A stretch of 33,721 nt of DNA from a virus (Duplodnaviria; Caudoviricetes), in IMG/VR virus record IMGVR_UViG_3300049194_000050, positions 1 through 33,721 of that record; one strand, given 5' to 3'. Shown one piece after another: positions 19,681-27,706 of the stretch; within the stretch, counting starts at the first letter, position 1, and each line of letters starts with the position of its first letter. The position numbers and the translations under genes are program-made. The notes under the pieces are model-generated. The model was given only the letters and a program-made list of their open reading frames with translations, was not told the origin of the DNA and made no database searches.

Positions 19681-19923
19681 TTAAATAAATCCCTTACCCT
19701 TACATATATAGCAGTTGTCTACGGGAGGTTCGCACATAGTACCATAAAAATATTTACCGGTACGGCCGCATCTTCCGCATGGTTTTATTTGGTGTTCTTT
19801 TTTAATACCAATTATTTTTTCTATTTTAAATAATCTATCATCTAGTAAATTAATTTCTTTTTGTATTTCATTTTTCATATTGACCATCATTATATTAATT
19901 TCATTTTTTAATTCTTGATCCAT
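19681..19923 (-). CDS. coiled-coil plus DnaJ-type zinc finger protein
   Basis: CGRCGRTG and CYICKGKG. Confidence 0.6.
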   Translation of the reverse strand: MDQELKNEINIMMVNMKNEIQKEINLLDDRLFKIEKIIGIKKEHQIKPCGRCGRTGKYFYGTMCEPPVDNCYICKGKGFI

Positions 19924-19926
19924 AAA

Positions 19927-21480
19927 TTACCTCATAACCGGATTATATAAACTAGAAATATTTAATGCTGGTTTGTCATTAATTATCTTTTCCGTAGCAA
20001 ATTTCATAGCACCATATTGCAATGCGTCATGAGGATGAGAAAACTTATTTTTATTAGGTTTATCTTGATATCGTGCATCACCCGATACACTAAGCCTTTT
20101 AAAGTGATATCCACTCATAAATCCTTTTCTAAGTGTAGGACAATATCTTCTTGATAATTGAAAAGCTGGCATTCCATCTATCATGGTATTTAAGAAAAAT
20201 CTAACTGATGAAATCCTTACGTCAGAATCATTCGTACTTGCTGGATTAGTTTTAATACCCAAATTGTTAAGTTCACCAATACAGGAAAGTTCTTCCATAA
20301 TAGCATCTCCTGCCATTCCAGAAGGATCGGCTTCGGACTCTCCTATTTTGTATTTAGGAAAATCTATCTGAAGACAAGGCAAAACAATTGATTTAGCAAA
20401 TGTCCTTATACCCATATCTTCAGATAAATATTCTTTTAAAACCCTTAATTGTCCACGTGTTGTAAATTGAAAAACTATACAGGCTGGCGTTAATCCAAAA
20501 TCCCATCCAAGATGTATGGGTAATCCTGGAATAGCAGGCAAGTCTTCTAACGAATGGATATCATCATTATATTCAGGATAAACACGTTTACCTGATTCGA
20601 CCATACCATATTCGCCAAGACAATATACCTTGATAAATCCTTCCTTTTGTCCTGTTGCTAATTTTGTATAGTAATCTCGATGTTTAGATAAATTTTCATA
20701 GTTATCACATTTAGGATTTTCCTTCCAATCACCATTATCATTTTTAATTAATCCTGGTGGCTGATGGAATATCCTATACCCTGGTACTTTTTCTTCTTCA
20801 AAGGTTTTATAAATAAAATGATCCACATCTGGGGGATTGGTATCTGCAATAATCCCAGACCAATATGGCTCATTGCAAAAAGCGGCACTTGGATATCTAC
20901 CATTTATTCTACCTTTAAAATGACTTATTAGGTTTTCTGGAAGTTCTGATAACTCATTTAAATATACGCCTGTTAACTCTAATGACTTAATTTTTCTAAT
21001 GTCTTCTGGTCTATCTAAAGCTAAAAATAAAACTTCAAGTTCTACAATTCCATTACCATCATTAAATCTATGAAAATATGTCAATATTGGTTTTTGTCGT
21101 TTTTCTATATCCCCTAATTCTGCGAACCAACTTAACCATGTCGGCAATGTAGTTGAATACAACTCACCAGAAGTATTTCTTACCACTGCCCATTTAGCAC
21201 GTCGTCTATTATTATGCCAGTAGGGCATAGAACAGGTTCTTCGAACGATCTTCTGTACACACATAGTAGACTTACCAGAGCCGTAAGGCCCAGTAACAAC
21301 GCTAACAAATGAATTGTCTTCATTGAATAACCTTCCTGTATTAGATGGTATATAAATTAGATCTTTATCATGATTAAAGATAATTGTTTTATCATGATAA
21401 AATGCAATATGTTGTTTTGATTGCCTGCTGAAGCTTGATATTATTCTATCATTCGCTTTTGCGATAGAAGCTAAGTTCAT
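19927..21480 (-). CDS. terL: terminase large subunit
   Basis: Walker A GPYGSGKST, Walker B GVYLNELSE, DTNPP, nuclease GWDFGLTP and HPHDALQY. Confidence 0.95.
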   Translation of the reverse strand: MNLASIAKANDRIISSFSRQSKQHIAFYHDKTIIFNHDKDLIYIPSNTGRLFNEDNSFVSVVTGPYGSGKSTMCVQKIVRRTCSMPYWHNNRRRAKWAVVRNTSGELYSTTLPTWLSWFAELGDIEKRQKPILTYFHRFNDGNGIVELEVLFLALDRPEDIRKIKSLELTGVYLNELSELPENLISHFKGRINGRYPSAAFCNEPYWSGIIADTNPPDVDHFIYKTFEEEKVPGYRIFHQPPGLIKNDNGDWKENPKCDNYENLSKHRDYYTKLATGQKEGFIKVYCLGEYGMVESGKRVYPEYNDDIHSLEDLPAIPGLPIHLGWDFGLTPACIVFQFTTRGQLRVLKEYLSEDMGIRTFAKSIVLPCLQIDFPKYKIGESEADPSGMAGDAIMEELSCIGELNNLGIKTNPASTNDSDVRISSVRFFLNTMIDGMPAFQLSRRYCPTLRKGFMSGYHFKRLSVSGDARYQDKPNKNKFSHPHDALQYGAMKFATEKIINDKPALNISSLYNPVMR

Positions 21481-21653
21481 TTAATAGCTTCTTTTATATA
21501 AGGATATTTTTTATAATTTTGTTTTAAATTTTCTACTGTAGTATATCTAACTCTACATTTAATACATTCTCGTCTTCTAATAATGTCATCGTTTTTATCT
21601 TGCCTAGTTTGAACAACTTTACTATCAGGATAACCACAATTTTTGCAGATCAC
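21477..21653 (-). CDS. NrdR N-terminal-like zinc-ribbon protein (not in ORF track)
   Basis: GTG start; MICKNCGYPDSKVVQTR...IIRRRECIKCRVRYTTVE; stop overlaps terL ATG. Confidence 0.75.
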   Translation of the reverse strand: MICKNCGYPDSKVVQTRQDKNDDIIRRRECIKCRVRYTTVENLKQNYKKYPYIKEAIK

Positions 21654-21654
21654 A

Positions 21655-21897
21655 TTATTTCCTTATCCCTCTTAGGGTTTTATGAGCTACTACGTTTTTA
21701 CCAAGAATTTTATTAGCTTTTGCATCAATCTTTTCTTTAGAAGATTCTGACAAATTACCTTTATTAACTTGCTGTGTAGCACGTGCTTTTGCATTAGCAG
21801 CATGTGCTTTGTCAGGCATTGGATATTTCCTTTCCCCAGGCAGTCCAAAAGATGACTTTGGTAATCCTTTACGACGTTTAGTATTTAGGATACTCAT
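21655..21897 (-). CDS. small basic phage protein (DUF6582-like)
   Basis: RRKGLPKSSFGLPGERKYPMPDKAHAANAKARA. Confidence 0.7.
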   Translation of the reverse strand: MSILNTKRRKGLPKSSFGLPGERKYPMPDKAHAANAKARATQQVNKGNLSESSKEKIDAKANKILGKNVVAHKTLRGIRK

Positions 21898-22061
21898 TTA
21901 TTCTGTCCTTCAATTATTTCTTTAATTGAAACAGTTGATACATGAAAAAACATAGCTATTAAATTTATTATTGGATTACCTTTAACTACAGATAACAAGT
22001 TCAAAGCTTTATCTATCAAATCTAATCCTTCTTCAAGCGCGGCTATTTCTTTCTTATCCAT
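21894..22061 (-). CDS. small hypothetical protein (not in ORF track)
   Basis: MDKKEIAALEEGLDLIDKALNLLSVVKGNPIINLIAMFF...; ATGA overlap. Confidence 0.55.
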   Translation of the reverse strand: MDKKEIAALEEGLDLIDKALNLLSVVKGNPIINLIAMFFHVSTVSIKEIIEGQNK

Positions 22062-22092
22062 TAGATAATCCCTATCCGTTATTAATAAAATA

Positions 22093-22206
22093 TTATTTCT
22101 TAACCTTTTTTTCGTATTTCTTCATCATTTTCTTATCTTTTTTGTTGTCCATTTTTTCTGATTTTTTAATCATTTTCTTCACTTCCTTTTTGGGTACGTA
22201 TTTCAT
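22093..22206 (-). CDS. Lys/Met-rich peptide (not in ORF track)
   Basis: MKYVPKKEVKKMIKKSEKMDNKKDKKMMKKYEKKVKK; AGGAAAG upstream. Confidence 0.45.
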   Translation of the reverse strand: MKYVPKKEVKKMIKKSEKMDNKKDKKMMKKYEKKVKK

Positions 22207-22606
22207 CTTTTCTTTCCTTAGCTATGAGTTTAAGAATTTCTGAGTGTTGTTCTTTAATATCTGCAACAATTCCAGAATCTGGTCCAAAATCTTCTTTAAC
22301 ACCCTTCTCTAAAATCCATGAAATAGCCTGAAAACTTCCGTTATTACGTAAAGTTTGAATACATTCTTGTACTGTTTCTGATCTTTTTTCATGATAATCA
22401 ACAAAAAGTTGTGCATAGATGGTATTTTCGCCAGCTTCGAAGTCCTTCTCTCCTCTTCGTAACCAGTTAGATAAATTCTGTTGTGATATACGTGCTTTAG
22501 CGGCAACTTGAGTTTGTATTAATAGTTGAGGAACTGCTTCAATTATTCTGTCATAAACTTCAGCAGTTAATGAGGTGTGAAATCCTACGGGATTCTTTCT
22601 AAACAT
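22166..22606 (-). CDS. terS: terminase small subunit (HTH)
   Basis: HTH QTQVAAKARISQQNLSNWLRRG, AISWILEK; upstream of terL; RBS hairpin GCTA-TGGA-TAGC at 22612-22623. Confidence 0.7.
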   Translation of the reverse strand: MFRKNPVGFHTSLTAEVYDRIIEAVPQLLIQTQVAAKARISQQNLSNWLRRGEKDFEAGENTIYAQLFVDYHEKRSETVQECIQTLRNNGSFQAISWILEKGVKEDFGPDSGIVADIKEQHSEILKLIAKERKDEIRTQKGSEEND

Positions 22607-22700
22607 AATATGCTATCCATAGCGGTTTTGTTCATTTAAGAATCATAAATCATTATTAGTAATAATCAAATACTTTTTAATATTTTTATTTCAAATACTA

Positions 22701-22730
22701 TTGCGCTATACCACTATAGTGGTATAAACT
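22701..22730 (+). promoter_or_regulatory. sigma70-like promoter with perfect 20-bp palindromic operator
   Basis: TTGCGC...TGGTATAAA with TATACCACTATAGTGGTATA (22707-22726). Confidence 0.6.
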
Positions 22731-22763
22731 ATATTTGTAGTTAACAATCATTAGGAGATAATT

Positions 22764-22943
22764 ATGAAAACAGCAATGACAGCAGATCAATTCAAAAGAT
22801 TAGTAATAGCACAAAATCATCCAGCTAACATCAATGAAGATATTATAAGTTATGTAAATTTCTTCAAAGATAATAAAAAAGTCGAAAATCACATAAAAAA
22901 ATATGAGCATAAAGCTACTGTTTATTCAATGACTAATAAGTAA
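22764..22943 (+). CDS. hypothetical protein (not in ORF track)
   Basis: SD TAGGAG; MKTAMTADQFKRLV..., 59 aa. Confidence 0.65.
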   Translation: MKTAMTADQFKRLVIAQNHPANINEDIISYVNFFKDNKKVENHIKKYEHKATVYSMTNK

Positions 22944-22968
22944 TTAATTAAACTAAAAGGATATTAAC

Positions 22969-23172
22969 ATGACCAGTTCATACATAATAATTAGCGACAT
23001 AATAAATAACTGTAATAATGATTCTTTGGATGAAATATTATCTGAAATTACTTATGAAAAGCTAAATAGACTATTATTCCACATCCAATCAAAAATGATG
23101 GACATAGAAAATACCAGAAAAAACTTTTATCAAAATTGTCCTAAATTTGGAGAAATATATGGAAATTATTAG
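22969..23172 (+). CDS. hypothetical protein
   Basis: SD AAGGA; 67 aa. Confidence 0.6.
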   Translation: MTSSYIIISDIINNCNNDSLDEILSEITYEKLNRLLFHIQSKMMDIENTRKNFYQNCPKFGEIYGNY

Positions 23173-23321
23173 CTTTCAAACTCGGTTAATGAAACACATA
23201 AAATCATTAATGGTTAATCTAAAAAAAGAAGATCTATTAAGTATAAGACATTATGTTAATGAAAAAATAAAAAATGCCGATTGTGAGCATACAAACCAGG
23301 AAAATAAAAAATAATATTATG

Positions 23322-23360
23322 GAAATCAGTGTTCAACCTACCCAGAACGCTGATTTCTTT
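23322..23360 (+). terminator. long hairpin, possible terminator or processing site
   Basis: GAAATCAGTGTTC-N10-GAACGCTGATTTC-TTT. Confidence 0.45.
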
Positions 23361-23380
23361 ATTAAAAAGGATATATTAAA

Positions 23381-23563
23381 ATGAAAAAATCTAGTCATAA
23401 AACCTCTATATATATGCCTCCACTTTCAAAAGAAGAATTAAAATTTCTTAGTAAGTTATATCAAGAAAACCCTAGCATGGTTATAAGAAGGCTTATATCT
23501 GAAAAATTTATACAAGAAAAAAGAAATATAAATGCAAAATTACTAATGGGTCCAAAAGATTAA
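23381..23563 (+). CDS. ribbon-helix-helix-like regulator
   Basis: KTSIYM strand, SKEELKFLSK helix, NPSMVIRRLI helix. Confidence 0.6.
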   Translation: MKKSSHKTSIYMPPLSKEELKFLSKLYQENPSMVIRRLISEKFIQEKRNINAKLLMGPKD

Positions 23564-23988
23564 AAATCTCCTTTTAGCATCATGTAAGATAGATTAGTGG
23601 ATCTCTCCCCAACTTGGGATGCCCACTTACTATCTAACATTTCTTCGGCTGCTCCTGCATAATCAAAGTTAGCCAGAAAAATTAACATTTTCTTAAATGA
23701 CTGGAATTTTTTGTATCCCATAAAACACATGTCCACCAAAACGATCTGTCTTACTTCATTAAGAGATCTAAACCAAGAATAATCTTCTGTTAACTTGTTG
23801 TAAAAATATTGGATATCATCTTCAAGTTGTTTGCTTATCCAACTATCTGGCAATCCTCTAGATATAAGGTTATACCCGACTCCAATAGTTAAATTCCCTT
23901 CCGTATCTAAGTAAGGGAAATTCCTATATCCTTCATGTTCAATTAAAAGATTCTTCAAAGCATTAAGATTCGTTAAAGAAAGCGACAT
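23560..23988 (-). CDS. endolysin, phage lysozyme (GH24 / T4-like)
   Basis: HEGYRNFPYLDTEGNLTIGVG catalytic E-D-T; AAEEMLDSKWASQVGERS. Confidence 0.92.
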   Translation of the reverse strand: MSLSLTNLNALKNLLIEHEGYRNFPYLDTEGNLTIGVGYNLISRGLPDSWISKQLEDDIQYFYNKLTEDYSWFRSLNEVRQIVLVDMCFMGYKKFQSFKKMLIFLANFDYAGAAEEMLDSKWASQVGERSTNLSYMMLKGDF

Positions 23989-24109
23989 CCTTAATATCCT
24001 GGATAATTGTGTTAATAGCTATTGTATCACACCATACATTGCACTCTTCACAAACGTAATAATCATGCATTATATATACTTTACTTTTACAACATCTTGA
24101 CACAACCAT
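23963..24109 (-). CDS. small Cys-rich protein (not in ORF track)
   Basis: MVVSRCCKSKVYIMHDYYVCEECNVWCD... Confidence 0.55.
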   Translation of the reverse strand: MVVSRCCKSKVYIMHDYYVCEECNVWCDTIAINTIIQDIKDVAFFNES

Positions 24110-24118
24110 TTGAAAATT

Positions 24119-24676
24119 TTATCCTGAAAGGTTAACTTTTGTTGGCTTTAAATTATAATAAGATTCCAGTATTTTTATTCCTTCTTCATAACCAAAGGCA
24201 AAAGATGCATAATATCCTTTATTTTTAAGTTTATTTATCCATTCTTCCTGAGATAACCAATGAGAAGTATTTCTTTCATATTCAGAATATTTTCTATCCT
24301 GCTTCATTTCTATATAACATCCAAAATACCCTCCCCTAGCTTCCGGTATATGAAGATCGGGAAATCCGGGAGATAATCCCATCATCTTAAGAATTGCACC
24401 GTTTCTTATTGATCTTTCTCCTTCATTTGGATGGCTAACAATATCAAATCCCATTTTTTTTGCCCATGTAACAACTCTAATTTGATGTTGTCTTTCAGTT
24501 AAAAAATTTAACTTTCTTTTAGGAATTATCTTAGTTTTAGATACCTTTTTTGGAGGAATTTTTCCATTTAGCTTTGCAGGGATATCATTATATTTCATCA
24601 AATTCGTCCTTGAATGTTGATTATTGTCACCATAAAGATTTTTCATTTCTCGTAGAATTTTATCAAAGTGATTCAT
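24119..24676 (-). CDS. VRR-NUC (PD-(D/E)xK) nuclease
   Basis: HPNEG, GLSPGFPDL, YIEMK, SQEEWI; RBS hairpin ATAGAT-AAGGAC-ATCTAT at 24675-24692. Confidence 0.85.
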   Translation of the reverse strand: MNHFDKILREMKNLYGDNNQHSRTNLMKYNDIPAKLNGKIPPKKVSKTKIIPKRKLNFLTERQHQIRVVTWAKKMGFDIVSHPNEGERSIRNGAILKMMGLSPGFPDLHIPEARGGYFGCYIEMKQDRKYSEYERNTSHWLSQEEWINKLKNKGYYASFAFGYEEGIKILESYYNLKPTKVNLSG

Positions 24677-24694
24677 AGATGTCCTTATCTATTA

Positions 24695-24980
24695 CTTAAT
24701 GTTCTATATAGAACATATGGGTAAAAATTTAAAAAAACAATTCACTTTAAATCTTTTTTTATCTTTATGTGTTTTTGAAGTTAGAGATATTTGGATTTAT
24801 TTATATGGTATTTTATGTTTTTAATAAGATATTAAAATTTTCTGTGGATAAGTATTTTTAATATAAAAAACTTATCAATGATTAGCATAAGATTAGTATA
24901 AAGTTGATTTTTTTTTGATCATTAATTGGAAATAAAAATAGTACTCCAACCGGGTGATTATTACGGTAAGAAAACTATAA
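24695..24980. other. candidate replication origin
   Basis: Very AT-rich non-coding gap downstream of rep; perfect DnaA box TTATCCACA (24843-24851, minus); 18-bp palindrome 24699-24716. Confidence 0.6.
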
Positions 24981-24983
24981 TTA

Positions 24984-25925
24984 TTACGATGGAGGTCTTG
25001 TCTTACGTTTAACTCGTAATTTAGCGAAACATTCATCTAACCATTTATTATGGTCAACGCTTTTGTAAATGTTATTTTCTTCTTTCTTGTCATTAAGAAA
25101 TTCTTTACCACGGTCATATCCTGGCATTTCTTTTTTAAGAAGATCTTTTTCTTCCTTTGAAAGATATGAAGGATTAGCTTTCATCAAATCCCTCATAGAC
25201 TTCATACATTTCTTAACAGTCTTTTTGGTAGCACGTTCAAAGGCTAATCGTTGTCTATTCTTTGCCTCTAGTTGATCTCGACATTCATCTCGTTGAACTA
25301 GATTTTGTTTAAGATTAAGATCTTCTTTAGTAAATCCTATATCAAGAAATAGTTTTTCATTAACCATGATTACTGAAGGACGGCTTCTATATGTTCCATT
25401 TGGTTGAAGTATTTTTCTTTCTTCAATTCTAATATAACCATATTTCTCAAATAATCTTATTGCCTCACGTACTTGCCATAAAGAAATAGGATTATTAGGA
25501 TCATTATTGGTTTTTTCATGAATAAAATTAATACCAAAATTTTTAAATGTTTGAGTTTTTGGATCTGATATACCAACTTCCATTCTAACTAGATTGGTAT
25601 AATGGAGAATTACTTGTCCTACTCTAAGAGTAACAGATGAACGTATTTCGGAACGACGTTTTCTAAATCCTGATTTTGGATTTTTCTTTTTCTGATTGTA
25701 ATACATTTGTCCAATTTCATATTGTAGAGGATATAAGAAACTGTTAATTAAACGTCTTTTAGATTCTTCTAAAGTGAAAGGACGACGCTTGCCAGAAAGT
25801 TTTTGTTGATAGAAAGATACAATCTTGCTATTCTGTTCTAGTATTGTGTTATATGGTCCACTTGTGTGAATGCATTCCCCGTCTAAAGGTATGTTCATAC
25901 AAGTGGGTATCCTACCCAAATTCAT
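24984..25925 (-). CDS. plasmid-type replication initiator (RepA-like, wHTH)
   Basis: RKRRSEIR...ILHYTNLVRMEVG, HTH-like QVREAIRLFEKYGYI, EKLFLDIG; leader hairpin TGGTTA-CGGAT-TAACCA at 25942-25958. Confidence 0.6.
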   Translation of the reverse strand: MNLGRIPTCMNIPLDGECIHTSGPYNTILEQNSKIVSFYQQKLSGKRRPFTLEESKRRLINSFLYPLQYEIGQMYYNQKKKNPKSGFRKRRSEIRSSVTLRVGQVILHYTNLVRMEVGISDPKTQTFKNFGINFIHEKTNNDPNNPISLWQVREAIRLFEKYGYIRIEERKILQPNGTYRSRPSVIMVNEKLFLDIGFTKEDLNLKQNLVQRDECRDQLEAKNRQRLAFERATKKTVKKCMKSMRDLMKANPSYLSKEEKDLLKKEMPGYDRGKEFLNDKKEENNIYKSVDHNKWLDECFAKLRVKRKTRPPS

Positions 25926-25970
25926 GTCTTTCTTCCTCTAATGGTTAATCCGTAACCAAATTAATAAAAA

Positions 25971-26282
25971 CTACTTCGAATTAATATACTTATAAGATGA
26001 CCTATTGTCACTATAAAATGGACTTCTTAAATCAAAATATTTTACGCTTTCTATATCAAAATAATTCTTTTCTAAATAATCTGTAACATCTTTGAACGAA
26101 TCACATTTTTTTATTTTTTTCCAATGATTTAATCTATTACTGAATAACTTTAAAAAATTAAATTTACTTTTACAAAATACCAAATAAAAAGTATTTCCTT
26201 CCTCTTCTATTACATGAACTTTAATAATCATAATGTTCCCCAAAATAATGCCGTATGTATGCCATGTCCTACGGCGAGACAT
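25971..26282 (-). CDS. hypothetical protein
   Basis: ORF track; true start may be the internal MIIKV. Confidence 0.55.
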   Translation of the reverse strand: MSRRRTWHTYGIILGNIMIIKVHVIEEEGNTFYLVFCKSKFNFLKLFSNRLNHWKKIKKCDSFKDVTDYLEKNYFDIESVKYFDLRSPFYSDNRSSYKYINSK

Positions 26283-26310
26283 GATTTTACCTAAGATGAG
26301 GTCTTCGGCA

Positions 26311-26390
26311 TGGGCGGCAATAGGACGGATTTAACCGCCATTGGGGTGAACCCAACTTATCAACCTATCAATGGGGAGGTTGCTATTGCC
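26311..26390 (-). ncRNA. tRNA-like RNA E0 (8-bp acceptor, 5-bp T-stem)
   Basis: GGCAATAG/CTATTGCC-GCCCA; arms CAACCT/AGGTTG, GTTGGG-TTCAC-CCCAAT, GGCGG-TTAAAT-CCGTC. Confidence 0.65.
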
Positions 26391-26402
26391 ATAAATAAGT
26401 TA

Positions 26403-26717
26403 TCAATTCATTTTTACGTTCTTTTCTGGCTTAAATTCAGTCAATATATCACATTGTATAAATTTACATATCTTAATTACAATACCATGCTTATTAGATA
26501 TCATTTTAGCTATTTCCATAATATTATTTTTCTCATTTTTATTTATTGCTATTAATGGTTTTTCGATTGGCGGAAAAGATTCTAAATTAATACTAGAAAT
26601 TAATCCTTCATTACCATTTTCATCCAAAGTAATGGCAGCCAAAATTTCTGTAATTTTTGATATAATCCTTTCTTCATTTTTGAAAAAATTTTTCTTAACT
26701 TTTTTATAATTTTTCAT
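26403..26717 (-). CDS. hypothetical protein
   Basis: AITLDENGNEGLI motif; 104 aa. Confidence 0.6.
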   Translation of the reverse strand: MKNYKKVKKNFFKNEERIISKITEILAAITLDENGNEGLISSINLESFPPIEKPLIAINKNEKNNIMEIAKMISNKHGIVIKICKFIQCDILTEFKPEKNVKMN

Positions 26718-26730
26718 TGAATATTTATAC

Positions 26731-27291
26731 CTATGTTGTTAAATTAATTAACTGTTCAATTAAATTTTTACATTGTTCTTCAACATATTCTTTTGTTCTA
26801 ATTTCATAACGAAGTTTGTTGTCATCCGAATTTATATATTCTTTATATCCAGGGTTTACAAGTTCCATTTTTTCTTCAAATTCTTTCAAAATTTTAATTG
26901 TAAATTCTATTCCCTTTAATACTTTTTCATTATCTGAAAAATATTTTTTTGCTGTTTCATTATCAAGAAAATCACCTGCATGTCCACAATCAAATCCTAA
27001 CCATTTATCATTACAAACTTTCTCTCCAAAAATAACTTCAGAAATATGATTTTCTCCAAAAAAAGTAATTCCCCAATGAACATCAAAATCTGGATATTTC
27101 CCATCATAATTATTTATAGGATGCCCATTTGGAATGGCGACATATCCACATCTAAATCCATAATTGTTAAATGTTATGAGATAATCATAACCTTTATATT
27201 GCCCTCCTCCCTCTACAACAACACCATTAAGTCCTATCGGTAATATTTCTTTATCCCCCTTTAAATCTAATATTTTTGGTATGCAACTCAT
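26731..27291 (-). CDS. conserved phage hypothetical protein
   Basis: GFRCGYV, DVHWGITF, WLGFDCGHAGD; start ATG 27291 with AAGGAG SD (longer call overlaps tRNA-like gene). Confidence 0.7.
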   Translation of the reverse strand: MSCIPKILDLKGDKEILPIGLNGVVVEGGGQYKGYDYLITFNNYGFRCGYVAIPNGHPINNYDGKYPDFDVHWGITFFGENHISEVIFGEKVCNDKWLGFDCGHAGDFLDNETAKKYFSDNEKVLKGIEFTIKILKEFEEKMELVNPGYKEYINSDDNKLRYEIRTKEYVEEQCKNLIEQLINLTT

Positions 27292-27320
27292 ACTACTTAA
27301 ATCTCCTTTATGTTTGTAAA

Positions 27321-27448
27321 TGGCGGCAATCTTCAGGATTCGAACCTGCGAGCTCCCATGCGTGTACACGCATGGCTCATAAACAGCTTAATCTAATATA
27401 AATTAGAGTACATATTCGCTGCATTTACACCACAATGCCGAGATTGCC
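27321..27448 (-). ncRNA. tRNA-like RNA E1 (128 nt)
   Basis: GGCAATCT/AGATTGCC-G-CCA; D-arm GCATT/AATGC; T-arm CAGG-TTCGAAT-CCTG; two long extra arms. Confidence 0.75.
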
Positions 27449-27455
27449 ATAAATT

Positions 27456-27525
27456 TGGGGCAGCTAGACCGGATTTGCACCAGTACTCGGTGATAAATCA
27501 CCTTAATCTATACTTTAGGACTGCC
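27456..27525 (-). ncRNA. tRNA-like RNA E2 (70 nt)
   Basis: GGCAG/CTGCC-CCA; GGTGA-TTTA-TCACC; T-arm ACTGG-TGCAAAT-CCGGT; no clear D-stem. Confidence 0.55.
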
Positions 27526-27534
27526 ATAACTAAT

Positions 27535-27605
27535 TTTAGAGGGATGGGCTCGAACCACCATTAGCAGAGTCAAAGTCTACTGTCCTACCATTAGACGACC
27601 TCTAA
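27535..27605 (-). tRNA. tRNA-Gln(UUG)
   Basis: TTAGAGG/CCTCTAA acceptor, GTCTAATGGTAGGAC D-arm, GTAGA-CT TTG AC-TCTGC, GGTGG-TTCGAGC-CCATC; CCA not encoded. Confidence 0.9.
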
Positions 27606-27609
27606 ATAT

Positions 27610-27696
27610 TGGGTGGCAATCGGCCAGATTGATTACTGGCATTTCTGCATTTGCTTTCAGCAGTGACACAGTGTCCTTGTTTAGACGACGATTGCC
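27610..27696 (-). ncRNA. tRNA-like RNA E4 (87 nt)
   Basis: GGCAATCG/CGATTGCC-ACCCA; D-arm GTCTAAACAAGGAC; extended anticodon arm; GCCAG-TAATCAAT-CTGGC. Confidence 0.7.
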
Positions 27697-27706
27697 ATAA
27701 ATTCTT

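Noticed and set aside
23986-24008. CsrA-type hairpin at the lysozyme start
   Set aside because: AAGGA and CAGGA are present but not in a convincing loop, so not counted.
25971-26282. Possible phage CsrA homolog (RRR...ILGN...VHVIEEEGNTFYL loosely recalls the CsrA N-terminus)
   Set aside because: Lacks the AP..V.VHREE signature and that stretch may lie upstream of the real start; only a profile search could rescue it.
26310-26555. Plus-strand 81-aa ORF; also 27651..27836
   Set aside because: Antisense to tRNA-like RNAs, with no convincing RBS or motifs.
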